Assembly: GCF_018977255.1 (NCBI RefSeq)
Contig: NW_024704743.1
Coordinates: 106,952,001-107,016,000, forward strand
Source: Callorhinchus milii
Taxonomy: Eukaryota
DNA: 64,000 nucleotides
Reading direction: 5' to 3'
Part shown: in pieces, positions 1 to 11,290 of the stretch
Layout: every line of letters starts with the position of its first letter
Position numbering within the stretch: the stretch's first letter is position 1
Position numbers and translations under genes: made by a program
Notes under the pieces: generated by a model
Databases searched by the model: none
Told to the model about the DNA's origin: nothing
The model's input: only the letters and a program-made list of their open reading frames with translations

Positions 1-944
1 TACAGAGCTCCAGTCTTTAATATTAGCATTTGAAAGATTTCAAACCAGATGAAACACTTTTGCAACTGTACAATAAGCTCAACCTTGACATTTATTACAA
101 TAATGTACGAGAAATAATATGACTGGCTGTGGATTTTGTATGAAAATAATACGAAACATCAAACATTTTTGAAGAGGCAGGATAGAGCTTTGTGAAAGGG
201 GAGTGGATCGGTGCTGGAAATTAATACTTGTGAGCTCTGGTTTAATTCTAGAATTAGAGTTACAGTAGATCTAATTTCTGTATATAGCGCACTGATGTTA
301 ATTTATTTAAGGCAGACTAATTTCACTAGTTTTAGGAAATGAAACTGATGTGCTTTTGCACTTAAATGGCTTCACACTTAAAAGCAGCAAAGGTCAATCT
401 ATATGTTGCTTTTCTACACAGGGTGCTCTGCAGAAACTTCTAGCCTTCTCTTCCTCTCAGCTCCCTCCCCACCCACCCCACACCCTCCCAGACTAACAGG
501 AAACCAACAATTGATAAGCAGTTAGGTTGGCTGGAGCCAAGCTGTTTAACATGCCAGCCAAACAAAAAAGGAATCTGTATTTATTGGAGCAAATGATGGA
601 GTGGGATGGTTTGTACTAATTAGAAGAGTTGAAAGCATGTCCGACCTTAACTGCAGCACGTAAACACTCCCATAACAGCATGAGCCCCTTTGCCTGCCTT
701 CCCGTGTGCCTTTTACACGATTAACATGAGGAAACTCCGACCCGCATGGATTGCATATTGTGTTCCACACTGAATGAAGAGGATTGAATAGGTTAAAAGA
801 CTGAATGGGTTAGAGTACAGTTTTATATGCCTGTTGGAATAATAAGAAAGAACGAGAGAGGGAGAGAGAAAAAGCTTTCAAGATATTACTTGATTTATCG
901 TAACTTGTGACTCAAAAATGTCATTTTGCAAATTTTTCCGTGCT

Positions 945-1270
945 GGATTTAGATCGACATCAAGCTCCACATCCTCACCTCTAGATCCCTTTACACCCTA
1001 GCACCTCCCTGTTTCTGTCATTTCCTACCCACTCCTCACCTCGCCCCTTCCGCTTGACTAACCTGGGATTACAGTGAACTTTTATCTATTACACCCCTAA
1101 CCCCTGTAACTTCCACCTTCTACCCCTCTGCCCCTCTCCATCAGTTTAAATACCACTCTAAAAACTTACATCTTCAACCGTGCTTTTGGTCACGTCTCCC
1201 TTCCTCCCTGCCAAACCCCCCCTTCACCGTTGCTTGGTATCTGACCCTGTCTTGTAAAGTGCCCTGAGAC
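945..1270 (+). mobile_element. Degraded L2 LINE 3' fragment
   Basis: Similar to other L2 3' ends in the window (LKT.LF..AF coding remnant, TGTAAAGTGCCCTGAGAC tail). Confidence 0.6.
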
Positions 1271-1510
1271 AACAACAAAACTACATTTGTATAGCACCTT
1301 TCACGTCAGATGGGAGGACATCCCAAGGCACTGGGCAATCAATGTTTTGGATCCAAGCCTGGGATCGGGGAGGGTTGGGGTGAGAGAGGGAGGAGGGTGA
1401 CCAAAGGCACGGTCAAAGAGGAGGGAGGGTCTTGAGACAGGTCTTGAAGGAGGCGAGGGAGGGGGCAAGGCAGAGGGACTGCGGGATGGAGTTCCAGAGG
1501 TTTCATTGTT
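1270..1510 (-). mobile_element. L2 LINE 3' end, tail-to-tail with the previous copy
   Basis: (CAA)n tail and reverse complement of the L2 tail GGGATGTCCTCCC..GACGTGAAAGGTGCTATACAAATG. Confidence 0.75.
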
Positions 1511-1849
1511 GCATGTTGCTGCAGCATAGGGGAAATGGGGGCGTTCTTTATTTTCTGTCCAGCTTATTAAGTATTCAATGCCTGATGTGGTGGTAGGTTG
1601 TGAGTCTGTCCGTTATTTCAGACTGGCTTAGCTTGAGTTGTCAGGTCTCTGCTGTGCTGTTGGATGCCGAATGCCTTATAACAATAAGATGCATGTTTGG
1701 TTGGCAGAGGAGCACTCGCTCTGTTTGAATAATAAATTATAATTCCCACTGGACATTCGCTGAGGGTTTAGCATCACCCAAAACCTCAGCCAAGCCATGA
1801 GTTTAGCCCAGACAATGCTGGCTCATGATGAAACTGGCTTTTTTTAAAA

Positions 1850-1965
1850 AGAAAAACACACACAGGAAAAGCTGCATAGCTGAAATTAACACAAATTGCT
1901 GGAAATACTCAGTAAGTCAACAAGCATCTGAAAGCAAAAGTTGGGTTACCGTTTTGGGTGTGGGT
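1850..1965 (-). mobile_element. Short Penelope-like terminal repeat fragment
   Basis: GCTGGAAATACTCAGTAAGTCAACAAGCATCTG resembles 3410-3450 of the Penelope-like copy. Confidence 0.5.
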
Positions 1966-2335
1966 CATCACCACAATCTAATTCCAATAAAAATTGGTAT
2001 CTGGAGTGTTTCACTCTCCAGGTGCATTTAGCTCATGGCATGCTGGAGGACTGGTATAAAATGAAACAATTCTGGTATCACCTGAGATTATGAGAATTTA
2101 TTGTTATTATGGGAACTGCTCCCTTTTCATTTCACAGACTGGAATTCTATTAACTGATGGTTAATGAAGCCATGCTCAGTTGCCTCTGTAAATCAACTTG
2201 TGACATTTTGTCCAGCTCTGTCCAGAGGACTGTCTAGACAGGACGATGATACAAAAATTGCAATGCTGGCTATATGGCTGGCTCATTGCTCAGCACCTTT
2301 GACACCCTTCCCCCCCAACTCACCAATGGTGGCTG

Positions 2336-3073
2336 TGTGGAGTCCTGTAGCGTAGTGGTTAGCACGCTCGCCCCACAAGTGAGAGGACCTGGGTTCAATT
2401 CCCATGCTGGCCAAAACCTTAGGCAAGTTTCCTAACTCCACATGCCTCTGCTAATGTAGTAAGTAGGAACCCGGTTGTTAGTCGATTAGTGGATGGCTTT
2501 CTCTCCCGAGGGTAATATTCCCTCCAAAAAGAAAAATAAATTTGGCTACTTAATCTGTGACTGTTTGTGGGACACTGCCGCGTTTCACCAGAGAAAACAC
2601 AGTCAATCCAAAATATTTTGTGAAGCGCTTTGATACGTCTCGACTTCAAGATCCTCACCTTCGTATTCAAGTCCCTGCACTTCTCTGCACGCCCCCACCT
2701 CTCTGACCTCCTCTCTCCTCAAAACAGCATCCGTTGCCTTTGTTCCTCCGGGTCTGGCCTCCTCCTCGTCCCCCGAGTCCTCCGCTCCACCCTCAGCAGC
2801 CGTGCCTTCAGCCACTATGCCTTGAAGCTCTGGAACTGCCTTCCTTACTCCCTTCGTCTCACTCCCTCCCTTCCCATTTTCAGGTCTCCACTGAAGACCT
2901 TTCTTTTTGACCGCTCCTTTGGTCACCTTCCTCCCCCTCCCCCTGGCTCTGTCCTGGGATCCGAAACTGTAAAGCACTCTGAGACGCCAGCGTGGAGGGC
3001 GCTATATAAATCCAAGTTGTTGTTGCCTCAACGATGAGATAAGGTGCTATATCAAATGCAAGGATTATTATTA
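2336..3073 (+). mobile_element. tRNA-derived SINE (long subfamily) split by a nested L2 3' fragment
   Basis: Head GGAGTCCTGTAGCGTAGTGGTTAG...GGTTCAATTCCC. The tail resumes at ~3026 and ends in GCAAGG(ATT)n. Confidence 0.85.
2640..3025 (+). mobile_element. L2 LINE 3' fragment nested in the SINE
   Basis: ORF 2630-3037 gives the L2 ORF2 C-terminus (FKILTFVFKSLH...RAFSHYALKLWNCLP...LKTFLF), followed by a (GTT)n tail. Confidence 0.85.
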
Positions 3074-3363
3074 TCTAACTTAATAGCTTTTACTGTTGCG
3101 GCGGGAGCTGGGAAGTAGCACCTAACCCAGATAGTGGAAGTGAAAGAGGTAGCCTTACCTCGTTTAGCCTCCAGCACTAACTCACGACTGCAGAGTTCAT
3201 CAGGTCTCGCCGACCTCACTTCCAGTACCTGTGATGTGTATGTGGCATGCAGGTAGTTTTGTTGACCTGGTGACCCAGAGGTCTGTCATATGTATTTCCC
3301 CTCATTAGCCTGCATGTTGTTTTTCTGCATGTATAGTGAATGCAGAATCGCCCTGTTATAACA

Positions 3364-4062
3364 AAACACAAAATATTGCAGATGCTGGAAATCTGAAACA
3401 AAAACAGAAGTCGCTGGGAACACTCAGTAGGTCAGGCAGCATCTATGGAGAAAAGAAAGTGAGTCAACGTTTCGGGTCCACAACCATTCGTCAGAATTGA
3501 GGCATGCTGAGAGAGAGAGGCTTTTAACGACTAACAGAGAGGGGGAGGCAGGGCAAGGAAGACAAAGGAGAAAATGGGGTCGAGGACAGGGGATGATGGG
3601 TTAAAGAGGTGTTAATGATGCAAAACAAAGGGAGGGATTGCAACAAAACAGGGAAAAACAGGTGTTAATAATACAAAACAAAGTGGGGGGGAAGAATTGC
3701 AATAAAATAGGCCGACCAGAGAGAGAAAAGGTGTGTCTGGGATTGAGATTATGTGGTAATGGTCGCAGAAGAAGGGGAGGGGGAAGATGAGCTGTTATGG
3801 TCTGAAATTGTTGAAATCAGTATTGAGGCCAGAGGGCTATAGGGTCCCTAGCAGATAGATGAGGTGCTGTTGTTCTAGCTTGCGCTGTGGCTCATTGGAA
3901 CAGCATAGGAGACCATGGATGGAGAGGTCAGATTGCGAGTGGGAGGGAGAGTTGAAATGTCAAGAAACTGAAAGCTCAGAACAGAACGGAGGTGTTCGGC
4001 AAATCGGTCACCCAATCTGCATTTCGTCTCCCCGATTCAAAGGATACCACATCATGAGCAGT
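3364..4062 (-). mobile_element. Penelope-like retroelement fragment (GIY-YIG endonuclease end plus terminal repeat)
   Basis: Minus-strand translation near 4045-3980 reads IGETKCRLGDRFAEHLRSV, typical of the Penelope GIY-YIG domain. Flanked by the 14-bp direct repeat GCCCTGTTATAACA (3350-3363, 4063-4076). Confidence 0.8.
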
Positions 4063-4349
4063 GCCCTGTTATAACATTGGTTGGGATTTTATGGACTCTA
4101 ACCACTGCAGTTATAAACGGATTCATTATAGTATTCAGTGCTCTGAGATGCACTGAATACTATAATGGAATCCCCAAAGTGAAGGACGCTATAGTTGTAG
4201 TCTTGATCTGCACAATTGCGCACTCTTCAGATTAAAAAAAACCTGGATCTATTTTGCTGCGTTGGTGCAGAAATATTTACATTATCTTCAGAGATGTAAG
4301 ATAGTAAGCAAAATAGCACCTGTGGAATCAGTAATATTTCAGTAACACT

Positions 4350-6063
4350 GATATCCCTCCCTCAACCCCTTCGCCTCGCCCCCTCCTTCCCCATCTTCAG
4401 GTTGCACCTGAAGACCTTCCTCTTCGACTGCGCCTACGGTCACCTTCCCCCTCCTCGTGGCTCGGCCTTGGGCTCTGCCAAGGTTAACGCTCTCAGATGC
4501 TGTCCAGCATGAGAGCGCTATATACGACAACAACAAAATTACATTTGTAAAGCGCCTTTCACCTCGGGAGGATGACCCAAAGCTGGACAGACAGAGTTTT
4601 GGACCTGAGCTGGGGGTCGTGGAGAGTGGAGGGCAGGGGGGGAAGCAGGAAGATCGAAAGCACGGTCGCAGAATATGGTCTTGAGATGGGTTTTGAAGGT
4701 GGCAAGGGAGGGGGTGAGGCAGAGGGACTGCGAGATGGAGGGTGGGGGCAGAGTGGAAGAAAGCCCACCCGCCCAGCAATAGTGGGTGAGGGAGGCGGGG
4801 GATATGAAGCAGGCCGCAGCGTGATGAGCAGAGTGGGCAGGATGGTAGGGGGTTAGGAGGTCGCAGGGTTGGGGGGAGCAAGACCATGGAGGGCTTTGAA
4901 AGTGAGGACCAGGATCTTGAACTGTATCCTCTGTGTGATGGGAAGCCAGTGGAGTCGGGCAAGGGTGGGGATGATAGGGTCACGGAGCCTGATGCGGGAG
5001 AAGTCACAAGCTGCAGAGTTCTGGATGATCTGCAGCCTATGGAGGGAGGAGTTGGGGAGGCCGACAAGCAATGAGTTTGCATAGTCAAGCCTCGATGTAA
5101 TGAAAGCATGTATGAGGGTTTTGGTGGCCTGCTGTGTGAGACAGTGCAGATGGGCGATGTTACGGAGGAGGGGGAAGGCAGAGGAGATGTGGCGTAGGAA
5201 GGATTGTTGAGGGTCAAACAAGATGCCAAAGTTCCGGTCTAGCTTAGTAAGGTGGAGTGTGCATCGATGGATGGTGTTGCTGTCAGCGCCCGAGGTGTGG
5301 AGGCGCTGACTGGAGCCAGTCAGGAGAGCCTTGGTCTTGTTGACGTTCAACTGAAGAAAATTAGCTCTCATCCAGGACTTGATGTCCAACAGATATTCTG
5401 TCAGGACAGCAGTGGTCCTGGAGTCAATGGTGGAGGCAGAGAGATAGAGTTGGGTGTCATCCACATACATGTGGAAGTTGACCCCATATCTGCGGATGAT
5501 TTCACCAAGACGGAGCATATAGATACTGTAGAGGAGGGAACCAAGGACAGAGCCCTGAGGAACAGCTAGAGGAGAAACCATTGGTGGAGCTGAAGGTGGT
5601 GTGAGAGATACGATCTGGACCAGTCAAGGACAGAGTCGTGAATGTTGAGATGAGAGGAGAGGGATGAATGGTAAAAGGGTAAGGATAGGAGGTTGAATGG
5701 TATTGAAAGCAGCAGAGAGTTCAAGGAGTACAGAAACCCAATTGGAGGTGTTTGTGAAGGGTGGCGGGAGAAGAAGGAGGGAAACTGGGAAGCAACAACT
5801 CGTTCCAGGACCTTGGAGAGGAAAGGGAGGTTGGAGATGGGGCGGTAGTTTGGGAGTAGAGATGGGTCCAGGGAGAGATTTTTTTAAGGATGAGTGATGA
5901 CGGTAGTTTTTAATGGGGTGGGAACAGTACCATAGGAAAGGGAGAGGTTTATGATGTCAGTGAGTAGAGGGGCAAGGAGGTGGAGCTGAGAGGTAAGGAG
6001 AGGGGTAAGGATGGGGTCGAGGGAGCAGATGGTCAGTGCATATAAATGCAAATTGTTGTTGTT
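4350..6063 (+). mobile_element. Host L2 3' end (4350-4524 plus 6040-6063) interrupted by the antisense L2
   Basis: The tail GAGAGCGCTATATA stops at 4524 and resumes as ATATAAATGCAAATT(GTT)n at 6040. Confidence 0.7.
4525..6039 (-). mobile_element. L2 LINE, 5'-truncated and internally deleted, with decayed reverse transcriptase
   Basis: ORF 4853-5581 contains VPQGSVLG...MYVDDTQLY...LQLNVNKT...[14 protein letters not shown] (L2 RT and C-terminal region). (CAA)n tail at 4525-4535. Confidence 0.92.
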
Positions 6064-6687
6064 GATGATATTGATGGTATTAAAAGTCAGACCTTGTTTA
6101 CCTGAGTAGTTTTGTTCAGTTTGTGGAAAACATGCATCACTTCACATTCTATTTAAAACTTTGTAAAAATAGCACTTAGCAAATCTTGCCCAAGTTTCCA
6201 GCAAACACCTTCCGGTAATTTTGAAATTGTGTACCTGTTTCACACATTGCTATGTGTCTGCAAAGCTAAAAGAACAGACTCCCAAGGCATTTCTTAGGAG
6301 ATTTTAGCTCTTGGCACTGGAGGCATTTATCAAAGTTATGTGGTTTTCCATTAATTTTAGATAAGCTCCACAGTCTGCAGGATATAGAGTTGCCACATGG
6401 CTTTTACTTTACATATTGAAACATATTTTCTTAATATTTGTATTACACATAACAATTGCTTCTCCCCGCTGCTAAGAAATTTCAAAAAGAAATTCTGTCA
6501 GTTTTCCCCTTCGGCACTTCCCCGACCTGCAGAAGTATTTTGCTTCCCTTTATCCTATGAGCTCGGGCCAGTTCCACGAGCAATAGCCAGTTGCCTCATG
6601 TAACCATTATTCACGTAGGAGTCTTGGAATTGAATGTCAGCAGACTGCTTGACTACAGAATACATTGATACCAAGTCTGCTGCTATC

Positions 6688-7005
6688 AGCCTGGCTCAGA
6701 TGGTAGCACTCTTGCTTCAATCACGCAGGTGTGGGTTCAACCCCCACATCTGGATTTTAAACTCACAGAGTTTAGGCTGACACACTAATACAGTGATGGG
6801 GAGCACTACATTGTCCCTCAGAAGACAAAACCGTGGTCCCAAATACCTATTCAGGTGGACATCATTAAAGATCCCATGGTACCCTTCGAAAAGAGAAGGG
6901 AATTTCTTCCGGTGTTGTTTTCCTACAATGCTTTATTTATTGCATTGCATTTAAGTGCTTTGAAACATTATCCTATGCAAAGCGCGCTATATAAATGCAT
7001 GTTGT
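6688..7005 (+). mobile_element. SacSINE1-like DeuSINE, degraded
   Basis: tRNA-like head (TGGCTCAGATGGTAGCACTCTTGC...GGGTTCAA), body CAGGTGGAC..AAAGATCCCATGG, L2-type tail. Confidence 0.65.
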
Positions 7006-7698
7006 AATATGTAGAGTTGTATTTTTGGTCAGATGAACCTATGGAACTGGTTTAACAAATGGAAACTGAGTGCGCAAAGCATATATATGAAACAGTGAAT
7101 GCACCATAATCTAGATTTGTTTCCGTATGGTTCATTATTGGCTTGAACTTCCTGGTTGTACACGAGACGTGCGCCACACCCAGCTTCCAGCACTGAGTAG
7201 CTGACTTTATATACTAAAAAAAAGACTTCCATGTTTACGTCTTTACTCTCTTGTTGGAAAGACAATAGCTAGATTACAATTTACTGAATAAATGCTTGTT
7301 GGATTAGCATTTGGGTGACTTTTGTATGAAATTATGAATTGAAATGATTAGACTGTTGAGAGATTGACACCACGTTCTGGCATTTGCACCTTGTGCCATT
7401 GCAATTGATTATGGTTTTATATGTTCTATTCAAATGCTTTTGAAATGTACATTCTACAGCCTAATGAGAAATACATATCTACATTCAAGTGAATAATTGT
7501 TACCAACATTTTTCAGACAAGAATATTCATCGATGTGTATCATAAGGCTAAGTAGATTGTCCACTGATCATCTCCCTTTGGTCCTTCAAGGCCCGTCCCA
7601 AGATCTTCCTCTTTGACTGTACCTTCAGTCATCCTTCCACCCCCACCCCCATTTCCCTTCATCTCTCTTGATTCAGGTCCCAGCTCAAGTGCAAACCC

Positions 7699-8139
7699 TT
7701 GACGGCCTTGCTCCCTCCTACCTCTCCAACCTACTATCCCCCTACCTACCTGCCCGTACCCTCCGTTCCTCCGGCTCCGGTCTGCTCCACGTCCCCCGCC
7801 CCAATCGCCCTACCATTGGTGGTCGGGCCTTCAGCCTCTCAGCCCCGAGGCTCTGGAACTCTATCCCCCAGTGCCTTCGCCTTGCTTCCTCCCTCTCCTC
7901 CTTCAAGGCCGGTCTCAAGACCTTTCTCTTTGACCGAGCCTTCAGCTCCCCTCTCGACTCTCTTCCCCCTTCTCGCTCCCTCCCATCCCTCCCCTCACCC
8001 TGACCATTTCCCCCCTCCTCGCTCCCTCCCCTGACCATTTTCCCCCTGCTCGGGTCATGACCCAACTGTGCAGCGCCTTGGGACGTCCTCCTGACGTGAA
8101 AGGCGCTTTATAAATGGAATCTTGTTGTTGTTGTTGTTG
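7699..8139 (+). mobile_element. Relatively young L2 3' fragment nested in an older L2 tail (7560-8210)
   Basis: Intact frame LDGLAPSYLSNLLSPY...GGRAFSLSAPRLWNSIP...LKTFLFDRAF, with tail GGGACGTCCTCCTGACGTGAAAGGCGC and (GTT)n. Confidence 0.9.
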
Positions 8140-8949
8140 ACTGTCCAACACCTTGGGACGTCCTCCCAACATGAAAGGCGCTATATTAAAAGCAATTTGT
8201 TGCTGTTGTTGAGAAATACTGGTGGGGGGAAAGCTTTAAAAAGATAGTTTGTTGCCAGCATCCATTTTGTCTGTGTGAACAGATATATAGTGCACCACTA
8301 TGAATCTGTTAGTACAAACCAAGATTTTGCATGTTGTACAGAAACAGTACACCTAGTGTACATGCGCAAAATAGAAATTAATATCAGTGATGCTTGCTTC
8401 ATACAGGGTGCACTGTAAGTCACATCAGTGACACTTCCTGTGTGCAGTGCGCATGCACCCCAGCTAAGCATGGGAGCCAAGGGGTTGGGGAAGGAAAAGA
8501 TGACCAAAAGCATTGTCAAACGGGTACATTTTTAATGGTATTTGTTCAGCAAGACAGTTGTTCTACCAATTTGTTCTAGCATGTGTTAGAATTGCAAATG
8601 TGTGTTTATCACAATCTTTCCTGCCCAAATAGATAAAACCAAAGGGATTTATTCGTCTGCATTTGTTCAGCAGATTTCACATGGTGAAGAAATATTTATG
8701 AACAACAAGATGTAGAGATTGTTTAAATGGTGGTTTGTTTTCTGAGCAAACAGTTGAAGAAAGCTCCCCTGCATATTTTTTTTGAAAACCTTAGGAGTTA
8801 GGGCTGCTAAATTTCCAATTATTGTTTTAGGTTTCGTTGTTCGCACCTTCAGATTTTAAATACTTTGGATTTTTATTGTTTCACAACAGTAATTCTTGGG
8901 GTTCAATTTGTATTAATGTATATGTATTTGCACTGGTTCAACTTGTATT

Positions 8950-9248
8950 GTGGAGTCCTGTAGCTCAGTGGTTAGAGCACTCTGAGACCTGAGTTCAATT
9001 CCAGGCAGAGCAAAACCTTGGGCAAGTTTCCTTACTCCACACACCTGATAATATTCCCTCCAAAAAAAACAATAATAAATTGGTAATTTTCAATCCATGA
9101 CTGCTTGTGGGACATTGCTGTGCGCAATGGCTGCCGCGTTTGCCCACAAATATACAGTCAATTCACTTTACAGTATATTCCGTGAAGCGCTTTGGGACGT
9201 CTAGAAGACGTGAAAAGCGCTATATCAAATGCAAGGATTATTATTATT
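8950..9248 (+). mobile_element. tRNA-derived SINE (short subfamily), anticodon arm deleted
   Basis: Near-identical to the copies at 19877, 47756, 48729, 62160 and 62880. Has A/B boxes, a Deu-like block and an (ATT)n tail. Confidence 0.92.
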
Positions 9249-9547
9249 AATATATATTTATTTGCACTGGTTCAATTTGTATTAATGTACATTTATTTGC
9301 ACTGAACTTGAAATAGCTGCAACAAGGCTGACAGGGTGATGCTCTGTTATAGTGATATATACCAAGAAGTGCTAGGTTCTGAGTTCATGACAGCAGTTTC
9401 ATCAGGTGTTAAGTTACTGCAGGGTGATTGAGGCTGTTCTGGGGGAATGTCCTCCAAAGGTGAACTAGGAAAAAATCAGGGGACAAGAAATAACTTTCTA
9501 ATGGCAGATATCAGAGAACTATTGTCTATGAGATGCATTTGGTGTCA

Positions 9548-9995
9548 GGTCTGGCTGATTTAGTAGACTATTGCCTCTGAGTCAGAGGTTGTGGGTTTAA
9601 GCCCCAAGGCGAGACTTTAAACTCAGTCTAAGATGACACTAATGCAGTGCTTGGGTTGCTGTGAAATCATTGGAGGTGGCGTCCTTCAGATGAAGTGTTA
9701 AGCCAAGGTCCTCTCTGCCTGTTCAGTTGGACGTTAAAAATCCCATGGCATTATTTGAAAAGAAAAGTTTCTCCCGGTGTTCTGGCCAACAATCCCACAA
9801 CTAAAATCAGTCATTCACTTGACAGCTGTTCATGGCTCATTGCTGTATGCAAGTTGGCTGTTGCTTTTGCCTACAAGTACGCAGTCATTACACTTCACAG
9901 TAAATCTTGTGAAGTGTTTTGAGACATCTTCCCGATGTGGTATCAAATGGTACTTTACCAAATGCCAGGATGATGATGATGATTATTATTATAAT
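9548..9995 (+). mobile_element. SacSINE1-like DeuSINE, near full length
   Basis: TTGCCTCTGAGTCAGAGGTTGTGGGTT head, Deu block TTGCTGTATGCAAGTTGGCTG, shared tail. Confidence 0.75.
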
Positions 9996-10752
9996 TATTA
10001 TTATGTTGTTACAGTTTAGATCACTCCGTTGAGACCATTTCTGAGTGGTTTTCAGTGATGGGTCAGCCAGACCAATAACACTGCCATGTTACACTTTGAT
10101 GGATGTTTTCTCTTAGTATACAGTTAGTTAACTCCTGACAATAAAACACAGACTTACATCCTCATATGCTATCAAAATTCCAGCCGCTTCCCATGCAAAA
10201 TGGGAACAAGGGACCCTCTTTTATTTCATCACTCCGCTTAGAACGTATAAAGTCACATTCTACACATCCCTGTAAATAAAATATCGAACATATCATCAAA
10301 GCAAACTGTTCTGCGGGAAATGTCACTGAGCTGCTCAGCCAGCCACACCAGGTCCCCGAAACGAACTATCGCGATGAGCAGCAATGCACGGGAAAATGGA
10401 GAATTGTAAATTGTACAGCAGAATTAATTTTTGAATGTGGAGTGACCCTCAGAAGGTTAAACTAACTTAGTCCAAAGAGCTATCTGTAGAAATGACTATC
10501 ATTCTTATTTATCTGAAAAAGTGAGAGAAAATCCCTTTATAGTACAAGACGCACCTCTGATTCTGCTGTCATAGAATGGGTCATACTCATACCTCTTCTG
10601 ATGGAAGTGACAGAAAATTTAAATCAGTGACAAACCGTGAAATGGCAAGTGTTAAATATTCATTGCATGTGGTACTTATTTAGCTGGTATTTGACAACCA
10701 GATAATAGCATAAAAGCTGTACAGTGTGTGTTAGTGTAGGTCCTCCCAGTGA

Positions 10753-10771
10753 CGGCGCCTCCTAGTGGCCA
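10753..10771 (-). promoter_or_regulatory. Candidate CTCF binding site
   Basis: The minus strand reads TGGCCACTAGGAGGCGCCG, close to the CTCF consensus TGGCCACCAGGGGGCGCTA. Confidence 0.55.
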
Positions 10772-10834
10772 TGGAGGACTCATGTCACTGGGATCTTTTC
10801 CCTTGGAGTGACGACATATCAGGAGTTTACTGTA

Positions 10835-11290
10835 TTTGAACGTCTCCAAAAAATTACTTTCTGCAGGAGGTGGGCATTTTGTTCACCGGGTGTCTTGTCA
10901 AACCATTTCTGAATTGTCTTATTAACAGTCCCAGTTACACCAATGATTATAGGCACTTTGCTTGTCTTGTACTGCTGTATGCATCCACATTCAATCTGTA
11001 GGTCCTCATATTTCCTGATCTTCCAGTTTCTTATTTCATACTTTGTAGTCACTTGGAATGGCCACATCAATAATACTGCATGTACAATCTAGTTATTTTT
11101 ATGATCATATATGGTTTATTACAGATTACTGTTCTATCTGCACTTCTGAGTCCCAGGTTTTTGTGATATTTCCTTTTGATGGCACTTTTTCTGGTTAATG
11201 TTCATACCAGTTAGTCTGTATGGCAATCTCAAAGTGTTTACAAATTGTCCAGTGATTGTATTTAGCTGCATTGTTATGTCGATTCAGGTA
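10835..11290 (-). mobile_element. R4/Dong-clade non-LTR retrotransposon fragment (restriction-like endonuclease domain)
   Basis: Broken minus-strand frames read YLNRHNNAAKYNHWTICK...WYEH...TWD...NKPYMII...IIDVAIPSD...KIRKYEDLQIE...VPIIIGVTGTV...LLQKVI, the RH / PD-(D/E)xK C-terminus of RLE elements. Confidence 0.75.

Noticed and set aside
1..14. TACAGAGCTCCAGT at the window start is identical to 63867-63880
   Set aside because: The match does not extend. It may be chance or a shared decayed CR1 3' UTR, and there is no evidence of circularity or a terminal repeat.
4339..5581. Long ORFs of 296 aa and 242 aa as host genes or a functional reverse transcriptase system
   Set aside because: They are alternative frames and a decayed RT of a truncated L2 (YVDD, frameshifts, no full ORF2).
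8900..9303. CRISPR-like array of 35-bp repeats
   Set aside because: The units are head-to-tail with no spacers, the context is eukaryotic, and there are no cas genes.
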